From contig OX597817.1 of NCBI GenBank assembly GCA_951406725.2, positions 117,180,001-117,244,000 of the forward strand: a stretch of DNA of 64,000 nucleotides, read 5' to 3'. This DNA comes from Octopus vulgaris (Eukaryota). Of this stretch, positions 1-11,935 are shown piece after piece. Every line of letters starts with the position of its first letter. Within the stretch, counting starts at the first letter, position 1. The translations under genes and the position numbers were made by a program. Under the pieces are notes generated by a model. It did not search any database, was not told the origin of the DNA, and saw nothing but the letters and a program-made list of their open reading frames with translations.

Positions 1-309
1 GTATTAGCATTTATACATTTAGGCAGGTTTAAAGGAGTGGTGGTGGGGGACTTTTTGGGGGTAGGCATAGCGCAAAATATCATACTTGGGGGAGTGGTCA
101 AGGAGTCAGTGGTAAGTTAGATGAAAGAATAGATAAATAAAAAAATAAAATAATAAAAAATATATATAAAAAATATATATATAAAAATATATATATAAAA
201 AAAGGGGGGATAGAGTTATAGGTAAATAAGGAGATTCTCACTTATACCTATACACACATGTATACGTATCTACACACACATATATATATACACATATATA
301 TATATACAC

Positions 310-358
<49 letters not shown>

Positions 359-660
359 CACACATACATACATATCTACATACACACATACATACACCCG
401 CCCATATATACAAATTTATACACATGCACATGCCTATACCTGTCTACACATACACACACGTATATATGCATACACTCACTCCCATGCATGCACGCATACA
501 CCCATGTATATATATATATATACCCACGACCACACATACATATATACACATAAAAATATATATTCATACGCACATACACTCATGCACACACAACACACCT
601 AGTTCCCTATATACACATATTTACACCTATATATACATACACCCACATACACCTATGTAC

Positions 661-691
<31 letters not shown>

Positions 692-804
692 CACGCATAC
701 ATATATATACATGTGTGCACATACATACATACACACATATATACATACACATACACATACACATGTGTACCTATACATACCTACACATACACACATACAT
801 ACAT

Positions 805-841
<37 letters not shown>

Positions 842-1233
842 CCAATACAGGCCCATTCCTAATTTTAATTTTATTATCTTCATTTATTACTTTTGTTATC
901 TTTGATCGCTAGAGCTAAGAATCCTGGCAATGGCTGCATGTCCATTTGTCTGTCTACTAGAAGGCAAGTACTCATTCCCGCACGCACACTCATTAGCACG
1001 TACATTCACCCATTCGTACAATCATACACATACACGTACGCACGCGTTATATTCATACATACAAACATCTACATACGTTCACGTATATACACATACGTAC
1101 TCGTACCTACAGATTCGTGTCTACACTTTAGGAGGCTAGTCTATACATATACACCAATAAATATACATATATATATATATACACACATATACATACACAC
1201 ACACACATATATACTCCTACATACAGATACATA

Positions 1234-1281
<48 letters not shown>

Positions 1282-1451
1282 CACATACACACATACATAT
1301 ACACACACATACATACACATATATATACATACACAAACATATATACACACATATATATATACATACACACATACACACATCCATACGTATACATACATAC
1401 ATACATCCATACATCCATACTTACATGCATTTATACGCATACACACACCCA

Positions 1452-1488
<37 letters not shown>

Positions 1489-1765
1489 TCACACATACAT
1501 ATACAAATCTACGCACACACATACATACATACACGTATACACATACACGCACATACACATATACATGCGTACCCATACACGTGCACACACGCACGCGCAT
1601 CCATATATATACACACACACACATATATATACACGTGTGCAAGCATACATACATACTCATACGCGCACACATACTTACATATACATATATGCACACACTT
1701 ACACACATATATATACATACACATATACATGCATACATACATATATGCATACATACACACACGCA

Positions 1766-1811
<46 letters not shown>

Positions 1812-1862
1812 TATATATATATACACATACATACACATACACATACATACACACATATACAC

Positions 1863-1893
<31 letters not shown>

Positions 1894-2237
1894 TACATAT
1901 ATACACATATACATACATATACATACACACACACATACATATATACATATACACTGATACACATACCCATACATATATATATATATATATACGCACACAC
2001 ACATATACACATGCATATACTTATATCACTACATACTCACATATATAAACATATATACATATACACACATACATATATACATGTACATACACATATGTTT
2101 ATATATATATATATATGAGTGCGTGTGTGTATGTATGCATATATGTATGTATGCATGTATATGTGTATGTATATATATATGTGTAAGTGTGTGCATATAT
2201 GTATATGTAAGTATGTGTGCGCGTATGAGTATGTATG

Positions 2238-2273
<36 letters not shown>

Positions 2274-2568
2274 TAGGTGTATGTGGGTGTATGTATATAT
2301 AGGTGTAAATATGTGTATATAGGGAACTAGGTGTGTTGTGTGTGCATGAGTGTATGTGCGTATGAATATATATTTTTATGTGTATATATGTATGTGTGGT
2401 CGTGGGTATATATATATATACATGGGTGTATGCGTGCATGCATGGGAGTGAGTGTATGCATATATACGTGTGTGTATGTGTAGACAGGTATAGGCATGTG
2501 CATGTGTATAAATTTGTATATGTGGGCGGGTGTATGTATGTGTGTATGTAGATATGTATGTATGTGTG

Positions 2569-2599
<31 letters not shown>

Positions 2600-3066
2600 G
2601 TATATATATATGTGTATATATATATATGTGTATATATATATGTGTGTGTAGATACGTATACATGTGTGTATAGGTATAAGTGAGAATCTCCTTATTTACC
2701 TATTACTCTATCCCCCCTTTCTTTATATATATATTTTTATATATATATTTTTTATATATATTTTTTTTTTTTTTTTTTTTTATTTATCTATTCTTTCATC
2801 TAACTTACCACTGACTCCTTGACCACTCCCCCAAGTATGATATTTTGCGCTATGCCTACCCCCAAAAAGTCCCCCACCACCACTCCTTTAAACCTGCCTA
2901 AATGTATAAATGCTAATACAATTCTTGTTAAATAGCTTCCTGAAGATTTCTCTTGAATGAAACAGTACTAGTCCTGTAGAAGCTCCTTCTATATAATAAA
3001 TTAATTTTACTCTGCTATGTATTGAGTACCTTACTTACTGTGGTTAACCCCGAATCAACCCGGGAC

Positions 3067-3070
<4 letters not shown>
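1..3070. mobile_element. Fold-back (inverted) Penelope-like element terminus with microsatellite-rich interior; left arm runs off the window start
   Basis: 1..~685 is the near-perfect reverse complement of ~2245..2919 (gtattagcatttatacatttaggcagg / cctgcctaaatgtataaatgctaatac). The right arm continues into a hammerhead motif at 2934..2984 and ends at an (AT)n tract at 3071. Confidence 0.75.
2934..2984 (+). ncRNA. Type I hammerhead ribozyme (minimal, PLE-type)
   Basis: agcttc-CTGAAGA-t-ttc(tctt)gaa-t-GAAA-cag(tactagtc)ctg-TA-gaagct. Stem I is a perfect 6 bp, the core is canonical and the cleavage triplet is GUA. Confidence 0.85.
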
Positions 3071-3097
<27 letters not shown>

Positions 3098-3100
3098 CAA

Positions 3101-3131
<31 letters not shown>

Positions 3132-3189
3132 TTATTATTTCTAAATCTCTCAACGAGAGACATGCAGTAACAGTACTTTAAATTAAAGA

Positions 3190-3370
3190 TTATTTGCCAA
3201 TATAATATGGCGGTTCCCGTTGGGATGAATGCTCTTGTTTTTTAGCCTCTCCATCTGGCTATACGACACACTGTCTGTGGCCTTATATTTTTGAACAGGG
3301 GAGTTTAGCATCTCCTCCCCAGCACAGAGCAATATATGTGGACTGCGGTTTCAGGGTTATATCTCTTCTA
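3190..3370 (-). mobile_element. Truncated PLE terminal-repeat fragment with half a hammerhead
   Basis: Similar to 11160..11345 (tatttgcca...ctggcta...cacact...tggac..ggtttc). The minus strand has GAAAC-cgca-GTC-cacat, but the 5' core and stem I are lost. Confidence 0.45.
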
Positions 3371-3452
3371 AATAAATTATAAATAATAGAGATTCTAGTT
3401 ACTAGATCAGTGGTTATGTATGCACATACGCGCGCGTTTGTAGTAGACTAGA

Positions 3453-3483
<31 letters not shown>

Positions 3484-3486
<3 letters not shown>

Positions 3487-3948
3487 CCACAGCACTTTGT
3501 CTTGGCTACACACGCGGGTGGGAAGGGACTGGTGACAGAAGCTTTCATTCATACTTTGAATTTGGTGATACTAGCTGTGGCTTCTAGCTCGCTCTGATAC
3601 TGAGTTGAGTTGGTGCCTTCTAGTATCTCAAAATTCAATATTTAATCATTCATGATTGTTAGTATCCTGCGCTGATGAAAGAAGAAGTCTGGGTAAAGTA
3701 GAATTATCTAATTCTTATGCTTTCCTAAGACTTGATCTCGAAACGTACGTCCGTAGGTGACTTAAAACTGTATGATAGATTGCCGTTAATTCATTCTCTT
3801 TTACCTGTTTGTGTTTGCCTTTCAAATGCTGTGCCTTTACTGTGATCTCCCTTTTAGTAGAAGAAATAGCTATAATCTCTTTGACTGCTATTTCTAAATT
3901 CGGTGTGTGGTAAGGCAATTCGTTGCTAAACCCTTAATTGCTTAGTAT

Positions 3949-3952
<4 letters not shown>
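3484..3952 (+). mobile_element. Short non-coding hammerhead-bearing element (PLE terminal repeat or retrozyme-like) inserted in (AT)n
   Basis: About 470 bp of complex sequence bounded on both sides by (AT)n tracts, with an intact hammerhead at 3666..3757. Confidence 0.65.
3666..3757 (+). ncRNA. Type I hammerhead ribozyme with long stem II
   Basis: cctgcg-CTGATGA-[aagtct/agactt, aaag/cttt, agaatta/taattct hairpin]-GAAAC-gtac-GTC-cgtagg. Stem III is the palindrome acgtacgt and the triplet is GUC. Confidence 0.88.
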
Positions 3953-4022
<70 letters not shown>

Positions 4023-5809
4023 CCGTGCTGTTTCGGTAGCAATCTGTTAATGTATTTGTAGATTATATCACACCATAAATCCACGATCGTCTGGTAAAAT
4101 TTTAAACATGTACAAACAGGAACAGTAAAACATTGCAGATGACCTCTTCAACAGCTAACATGATGAATAACTTATGCGCCTGGGTTCTAATAAATCCTGT
4201 TTCTAATCTATGTACGTGTGTATGTGTGTATGCATGAATATATGTATGTATGTATGTATGTATGTACGTGTGTGTGTGTATGTTTATGTTTGTATGAGTG
4301 TTTGAGTTTGAGTTTGTATTCAGGTATGTATCTATCAAAAGTATAAAGTATAGGATACAATAAATAACTATTTTTTATATTTGACAATGGACGGTATCTG
4401 GAAGTGATATACCGATCAAGAATTACAAATGTTAAAAATATGAGGTCAAATTAGAGAGAGAATTATTTTTAATGCAGCAACAATGAACAGAGTAGCGAAG
4501 ACAGAAATCAATTAAGTCAAGTGAAACAGTAACTTGCTGTTTTATTTTTATTTTTATTTTTATAAATACAGCCTCAGATCAAAGATTTATAATTTGGCAA
4601 GATATAAATAATTATAGAAACACTTGTCAATTTCCTTTTGTTGTGACATTTACCCATACTTTCAATAAATGCTGTTATTGAAAGTTAATCAAAATTAGAA
4701 TCACCTACCAACGTGCTTGTCAGACCCATTTAAAGTAACACATAGGAATAATTTCCTTTAGGGACATAAAATAGGGTATTTAGACTCCATCGTTAAGTTA
4801 GTAATTTTCATCTAATCCTCTGACAAAACTTTTTACAATGACATTTTGTTGCGACCATGATAAAACGAAAAATAATATCAAATTAATGCAATGCCTCAGG
4901 TAAAAGTAAAGAATTGAAGAAAACATGAATAATCCTAATTATAATTTAGATATTTTATCTGGTCAGAAAGTTTTACGAATGTTATGTTTCTTTCTATGCA
5001 AGTATTTTTTCTTCTAATATCTATATATAAAAATAAAACGTTAATCAATATCAGAAATGGGTTTCTCCTACAGCGTTCGCAGCTCGGATATGAGGTAGTC
5101 TCTTTTGGTCAAATTGCTACCTCACCGGATTGAGATGTCACAGTTCAAATTCCAAGGAAACGTGATTGAAATATTGGGTGAGTGAATTACAAGACAGATT
5201 AAAGGCTAGTCATCTGGCAAGTGAACCAGGGGTAGACTAAAAAGGGAAGATCGGATAATACATATAGTCTCAGTCGGTCACGCTTGGGAACCCAGCTGAA
5301 AATTCTAATTACAGTTGCTTCTGATAAGACCCTACGGAAGACCGGACTGATGACCCTACACCGATAACCTGCTAGGAAAAGTATGTAGATAAGACGAATG
5401 GCTGGATTGAAACAACAACGGTACATCACCAAACTTAGTCTATTTTCTGACTCCCCATGCTACACGCATTAACTTTGCTTTTCGTATTCCATTCTGTTCA
5501 TAAATTTTGAAAAAATAATATCAGGAAGTTGATACAATCGACTATGTCACACGATTCACAAACTAATATTGTGCCAATGTAAACGGATATATTTTTGTTG
5601 TTTTTGTAAAATCTCAGAAAATAATTAAAAATTCACATTTAAACTCTTGCTTTACTTATTGATATCTTGTTTTACTTTTTGAACTTATTTTACTTTAAAT
5701 TTTATTCCTTCCGTTTATTGAATATAAAACTCTAACCTGGTATGTTTTGAGAAAATTGAATATGAATCTAATTTTTAATAATTCATTCGAATTTTGTCAA
5801 AAAAACTCC

Positions 5810-5985
5810 AGTAATTTGGATGGGAGTAGATTACATTGATCCCATTGCTCAATGGGTAGGTTTATCGAACCGAAAGGATGAAAGGAAAAATTTGACTTTC
5901 ATAGTATTTGAACTCAGCATATAATAAGCTGGAAGAAATATCGCTACTCATTTTGTCCAGTGCGTAAGCCATCCCACCATCATAT
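5810..5985 (-). mobile_element. Degenerate tRNA-derived Meta-type SINE
   Basis: cgaaaggatgaaagg...tttgaactcag is shared with the better-preserved copy at 9027..9262. Confidence 0.6.
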
Positions 5986-6009
5986 TCGTAGTATTAGCTT
6001 AAAAATTGT

Positions 6010-6225
6010 AAGGCAACGAGCTAGCAAATCTTTAGCACCCAAGTAAAATGATTAGAGGCATTTCGTATGTTGTTAAGTTCTATTTTAAAATTCTACCGAG
6101 GCCAAATTTGCTTATCATCAATACAAGGTCGATAGAATAAGTAACGGTTGAGCCCTGAAGTCTAAGTAATCGTCTTATTCTCTCACAAAAACTACCGGCC
6201 GTGTGCCAAAATTTGAAACCAATGT
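6010..6225 (+). mobile_element. Degenerate tRNA-derived Meta-type SINE
   Basis: Head ggcaacgagctagcaaa, central ggtcgatagaataagta, tail gtgtgccaaaatttgaaacc. Confidence 0.6.
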
Positions 6226-7559
6226 TAAATTAGTCTACTGAACAACATGAATTTTTTTTCAAAATTGCTACATTATATCCTCTTGATTGAAGTATTTCTA
6301 CTTATTACATAAATGAGATATCCGCTGTATCTGTATGTGTATTTCCTTTAGTGGTTACCTACTGTAAATGAAAGAATATTTAAGTATTCATGTTCGCTAT
6401 TTTTGTTTTTAAAAAGTATCAGAGTTTGTTCTTTTACAAAATGAATCACAATGAACACAAATTTCGATTTACCATTCATTATTTCTTGGAACACAAGGGC
6501 GATGAAGTCGTCTCATCCCACTCCCGCTAAAATTACAGGCAATGTGCCAAAATTAGAAAATACTAATATCATTTTTCAGCGCATGAACTCGGGTAGTCAG
6601 TAGAGCATCAGAAAAATTAAAATGATTTGCGCTCTTTCTATCGGCATTTTAAATTTCGCGTTAAGTCCCACCGAATAAAGAAAAAAACCTTCGCTGGAAA
6701 TAACAATAACAACAAAAACTACTACTGCCGCTGCTGCTGTTACTACTGTCACTTCTCTTACTACTACTACTACTACTACTAATACTACGATTGCTGCTGC
6801 TGCTGTTCCTATCTCTAAACTATAACCATTAATACAACTACCACTACAATGATGAACAAAACTCTCATTTAACTTTGTTGTAAACTTTATAAAAAAAACA
6901 ATGGACGTGGTGCAATGTGACAGAATTTTCAAAACGTATTAAACTGCATTTTTGTTAATCAGTAAAACAGACTAAAGATCTCAGAGAATTTAATTCATAG
7001 AGAATATAAATATACACATTTAAATAAATAGAATTGTAAATGACATATATGAGATTTCAAGAATAAATTTAGACTTTGAAATTATAGATGGAAGTGATAA
7101 AAGTGATTTTAATGAAAACAAATATGAAATTTAGATTACATTATTTTATAATTGACCTATTGTCTAAATATGCAAAACTGTATACATTATATATATGTGT
7201 GTGACCGTGTGTGACCGTGTGTGAGTGCGTGTGTTCATACATATAGGTATTTATAGAAGTGTCTATGTATGTATATATATATATATATATACATACAAAT
7301 ATGTATGTATGCATGTATGTAAATACTGTATTGATGTATGTAATGAAAAATGTATTGTTGAAAGTAACAAGCACGAAATATATCATTTCATGTCATGACA
7401 TCGTGCTGTTAACGAAAATCTAGAATCGTAAAACAAAAGTTATCGTTGCAGTCTTATTTACACATATATAGTCTTGGCAGAAATATGTACACGCATACAC
7501 ATAAATGCAAACACATACGTACACATCAATATATATGTATATATATATATATATACATA

Positions 7560-7760
7560 AGCTTTTAACTTTGGCACAATGTCAGAGGTTTAGAAGGAGT
7601 GAGTGAGTTGATTACATCAATCCCAGTGCTCCACTATTACATTTTATGGACACCGAAAAAAACCCCACCTTGGTGCAATTTGAACTTCCTTCGTAAAGTC
7701 GGACGAAATACCGCTAACCGTTTTGCCCGTTGCAGTAACATTTCTGCCTGCTCACCGTTT
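7560..7760 (-). mobile_element. Degenerate Meta-type SINE
   Basis: gattacatcaatcccagtgc...aatttgaact...gacgaaataccgctaa...tttctgcctgctcacc. Confidence 0.6.
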
Positions 7761-8225
7761 TGACAGGTACTTCCGTCCCAGCCAAAACAAAGGCCTTTTC
7801 GTTTGTTTTTCTCGTTTGTTTTCTTGTTTATTTTGATTTCTCGTTTTGTATTTTCTTGTACATGTATTTTTATCTTGTATTTTATTGTGCAGTTTTATTG
7901 TTACGTCCTGTTTGTGTTACATTTTTCGTGGTTGTTTTACCCCTCTGCGAGGTTATTTTATTTTAATTCTCTCGCAGGAAGGCCTAGTATTGACGAGTCG
8001 TGTCCTGTCTTGCCTTCGAAATACGCTTAAGTCTACAAGCGACAGCTGATGATTGGGGATTTTCCTTGCGTAGCTTGTCCTGTACCTTGTTTTTCTGTTG
8101 TAAATAATGTTTCTCTTGTTTTCGTTCTCGTCTCTGTTCCACGTCTCTGTCTTTCTGTTGTAAAAAAATGGCTTTTCCGTTTTCGTTCCTGTTGAGTTCT
8201 ACGTCTTATTGTGGTGTCCTGTACT
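7761..8225 (+). mobile_element. T-rich interspersed repeat with decayed hammerhead-like motifs (retroelement terminal repeat)
   Basis: Strongly T-skewed segment containing ttgacga, ccttcGAAAt and gacagCTGATGA. tgtcctgtac occurs twice. Confidence 0.35.
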
Positions 8226-8320
8226 TACGTATATATATTTATATATGCATGTATATATACATGTAGATGTAAGTACGCACATATATGTTTGTATGTATGC
8301 ATCTATTTTATTTATTACAC

Positions 8321-8378
<58 letters not shown>

Positions 8379-8439
8379 GTGTGTGTATGTAAAAGGGAAC
8401 TATGTGAATCTTTACGTATACACGTAAAGTAAAGAAAAT

Positions 8440-8632
8440 ATTAAAAAATAATCCAGAATCCTTGTCCAGTGCCAAAATATAATCGGTTCGTGCCAGTCAC
8501 GAGGCCAAACATCCATGAAAGTTTCATCTGAATCCATCCAGTAGTTCTTGAGATATCCTATCCACGGACAAAGAAACAATCAAACACGACTGAAAAACAA
8601 TACCTCCGCCTTAGCTTAGGCGGAGGTAATAA
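8440..8632 (+). mobile_element. Helentron-associated (HINE/DINE-like) non-autonomous element, 3' part
   Basis: aagtttcatctgaatccatccagtagttcttgagatat...acaaagaaacaatcaaac simple repeat, then the GC-rich hairpin tacctccgcct-tagctt-aggcggaggta (8601..8628) and aataat. Confidence 0.6.
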
Positions 8633-8807
8633 TAATATGCAAACACACAAAATGTAGTAGAAGCCCAGGCTAGAATGTTGAAATAAATGTGTGCATTTGA
8701 ATGTTAGCGAAGCAAGTGAATTCAAAGTAACTGAAAATCACAATGGGCATGAACCAGTGGCTGAGAAAGAGGCTATGTAAAATGAGATACAACTTTGTAT
8801 TTTGTAT

Positions 8808-8860
8808 TACACCGAGAGTAATTTGCCGTACGACTTACGTGGCAAATTACATTCGGTGTA
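8808..8860. repeat. Small imperfect palindrome/hairpin (possible collapsed MITE)
   Basis: tacaccga..gtaatttgcc / ggcaaattac..tcggtgta. Confidence 0.7.
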
Positions 8861-9026
8861 TTTCTCTCCGAGCACCACTAAGGACATCTTTTCAGATCTT
8901 GTCTAATTGGTGATATAGACCGAATCTTATGCACCTAATTGAATTCTTAGGACGTTAGCAAAATTTAACGCCGTGAATAGACTAAATTTTCGGGTTGAAC
9001 ACACACCAAATCATCCCTCCTAATAT

Positions 9027-9262
9027 ATACCTATTTCTTTATTACCCTCAAGGGGCTAAACATAGAAGGGACACACAAGGACAGACATAGGTATTAAGTC
9101 GATTACATCGACCCCAGTGCGTAACTGGTTCTTAATTTTTTGATCCCGAAAGGATGAAAAGCAAAGTCGACCTCGGCGGAATTTGAACTCACAAAGTAAC
9201 GGCAGACGAAATACCGCTAAGCATTTCGCCCGGCGTGCTAACGTTTCTGCCAGCTCGCCACC
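9027..9262 (-). mobile_element. Well-preserved tRNA-derived Meta-type SINE monomer
   Basis: The minus strand has ggcgagctggcagaaacgttagc (A-box-like), gagttcaaattcc (B box), central gactttgcttttcatcctttcggg...aagaaccag, and a tail ending aaagaaataggtat. Confidence 0.85.
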
Positions 9263-10634
9263 TAATATGTACCATATTACTACTTGATACTCCTCTAGGA
9301 AGGTTTTTACACATGAGTTTTCTTTTAGTTTGACACCATCGCACTGACCTTTTCCGCGTATCCTAGTATGGCCCTTTTGTTACATTTGGATTGGTAATAT
9401 TTTTAACATCCCTAAATATCACAAAAGTGATATCCAGGACCAAAAACTTATAAGTGTGAAATGCTTTACAATCCTTAATAGACCAAGCGGCGCCAGAAGG
9501 AACACGGTTCCGAGAGGCGACCATTTATTTTGGTTCCTAAACAGATGGCACTGTATACTGCAGTTACCCAGCAGCGGAACGTACAACTGAAACTGGCTAC
9601 ATATATGATAACCTCCATATAGCAATAACCGATTTCACTATGATTTCAGTTGATCACAATTCTGCGAAATCGGAAGCCGCATAATTTTGAACCATTGTAC
9701 AATGTAGCGTGTGGTTTGTAGCTTATAGTAGTTAGATCTGTCGGAATTCAGTCAGGTTTTTACATTCACGGGACAAATAAACCTTTGCTATAAACCCACA
9801 ATATTTCTACTCGTAAAGTTTACACAGGCCTAATCTCTTATAATATCAGAGACGACAAATATTATGTGGCAGTAACGTATTTCTAGCTGAACAGATGGGT
9901 CGTTGAAGTGACCCATATAATGTAAAGCGCAATATGTGGTCAAGAAAATAATAAAAGAAAAATATAGAAAGAAGGACATATTTTTCAGCAGACACAAGCG
10001 AAAGGAGGAATTATTAGAATCCCATCTTTATTGGAGGAATATATCGAAACACTTCCATATTCTAACTATTTCTAGTTACAGTTAAATTTCTTCAGTAAAT
10101 GGCGAAATACGAATAAGACGACTGGGATATTAATAAGAATAATAGGTATCATAGTCATACACATTAATAATTTGGAAAATGAATATCATCTGCTGAATAT
10201 TTCGAGTGCTCTGTTCATAATGGCAAATAATTGATATTAAAGTGTTACGATGTCACATTGAGGAGAAACCTAAGTGTGAACCATGTACAGTTAGTGGATT
10301 TACTCAATAGGCTTAATACGAGAGTAACGCACGGCAAGTGAAAGGCGACCAAACAGTAGCAAATTACATATTCCATACCGTTATCTCCATTTGTAAATAT
10401 GATACTAGCATTAATATAATGTTGGATATCAAAAGATGAAGTAAAATCTAAATGTATGTTTCATCATAGTATGAAGTCGGCTTGTATCAAGTAATTACTT
10501 GTGTCAATAAAATAACATTGTCGAAGTGTAAAATTTACCATAAACATCGGTTAAAAGTTACCATAATGATGATTGTAGAACACATACATCCATTTAAAAC
10601 AGTGATGTCCCAAGTTAAGAGAGTATATATATAC

Positions 10635-11045
10635 GCAGGGGTGGCAATATATGCACAGGCGTAAGCTGACTTCTCGACCACATGGTTCGGACTTGAGGTC
10701 CATAGTGTCGCACCTTGGAGGAGTGTCTAATGCTATAGCCGACCAAACCTTGTGAGTGGATTTGGCGCAAGGAGACTTAAAGAAGACTCTGTGTGTATGT
10801 GTGTCTGTGCGCGTGTGCGTGTGCGACAGTGTGCGTGTGTTTGTATCCGTGTTTATCCCCCATAGCCACATAACAGCTGGTTTTAGTGTGTACGTCACAG
10901 TAACTTATTGACTCGGCAAAAGATTCCAATAGTATATAAGTACCAGATAGTTAAAAAGTAAGCGTTGGCATCAATTCATTCAGCTAAAATTCATCAAGGG
11001 TGTACCCCACCATAGCCGCTGTTTAATTACTGAAACAAATAAAAT
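10635..11045 (+). mobile_element. CORE-type SINE
   Basis: accacatggttcgg head, caccttgg..agtgtct..tgctatagcc CORE-like segment, ttgtgagtggatttgg, internal (TG)n, tail tgaaacaaataaaa. Same family as 51838..52180 and 59672..60052. Confidence 0.7.
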
Positions 11046-11156
11046 ATATATTTTCATTGCTCGTTGATGAATTTATCTTTGACATTGAAAGTTAACGAAA
11101 TATTCATCAGTTTTACAAATATCTATTACTTTATACAGTACACAATACCTATATAT

Positions 11157-11520
11157 ATCGTGAAGTATATTTGCCACTTAAATGTGGCTAACCCTTAAGG
11201 GTGGATGCTACTGTAGCTTGTAGCCCCAGGAAAACACCTTCTCTAGCTGGCTATTGTCACACTTTCTGTGCTCTATCAGTATATGCAAAGGGAAGTCATC
11301 CTTCCCATCTTCAACCTGACGTGATACACATGGACCCGGGTTTCTGAGAACTGACCCGTCATTAGCTTGTGACAATCACCGGTTGCCGATGCAAATACCG
11401 ATAGGGCACACAAAGTGTGTCAATAACCAGCTGGAGGAGGAGTCTTTCTGGGGCTACAAGCTACAGTAGCATCCACCCTTAAGGGTTAGCCACATTTAAG
11501 TGACAAGTATACTTCACGAT
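11157..11520. mobile_element. Small fold-back PLE terminus; decayed hammerhead in the spacer
   Basis: Arms 11157..11287 and 11390..11520 are inverted copies. Minus 11327..11371 reads cacaag-CTAATGA-...-GAAAC-ccgg-GTC-catgtg. Confidence 0.7.
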
Positions 11521-11544
11521 GTCGAGCAGCTACTGTATATACCT

Positions 11545-11935
11545 CGCTCAAAGATTTATTATAAAACTAAGATAAACTTAGATATTTTTCGACCAAAGAT
11601 TGGTCCAGAACAAGTCTAACTTAATAGCACCACCTGATAGGATTATCTAAATCCTTTTTAAGTCAAGTTTTGTTTATGGTCCATTCAAGTAGTGAGTTCT
11701 TGTTGAGTGAGTTGTATCCACGTATGTGTGGCTTATGTGGTTTTCCTTGAAGAAATCTGTCCAGACTCCGTTTAAAGGTGAAGGGATCCTTATTCTCTTT
11801 AATTAGTTTTGGGACAATGTTAAACAGAGCAGGGCCTGCTGAGGAAAAGAAATTACAGTGTACCTATATGTTGTGGTCCTGATTGAGCAGGGGACGCATG
11901 GCCCGTTGTCCCAGCCTTGGACGAACCTTGAAACT
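11545..11935 (-). mobile_element. LINE (CR1/L2-group) 3' end fragment
   Basis: Minus translation FSSAGPALFNIVPKLIKENKDPFTFKRSLDRFLQGKPHKP...NSLLEW resembles the ORF2 C-terminus of non-LTR retrotransposons. Confidence 0.6.

Noticed and set aside
258-2663. Many overlapping ORFs rich in Y/I/H/T/C/V/M (also at 21.2-22.8, 28-32, 55-58 kb)
   Set aside because: They are translations of (AT)n/(AC)n/(ATAC)n microsatellites, which lack stop codons; they have no domain content.
5091-5124. tgaggtag...ctacctca hairpin resembling the let-7 5' end, or an RTE-type HDV-like ribozyme region
   Set aside because: Only 8 nt match let-7 and the hairpin is too short for a pre-miRNA. I could not build an HDV double pseudoknot by eye.
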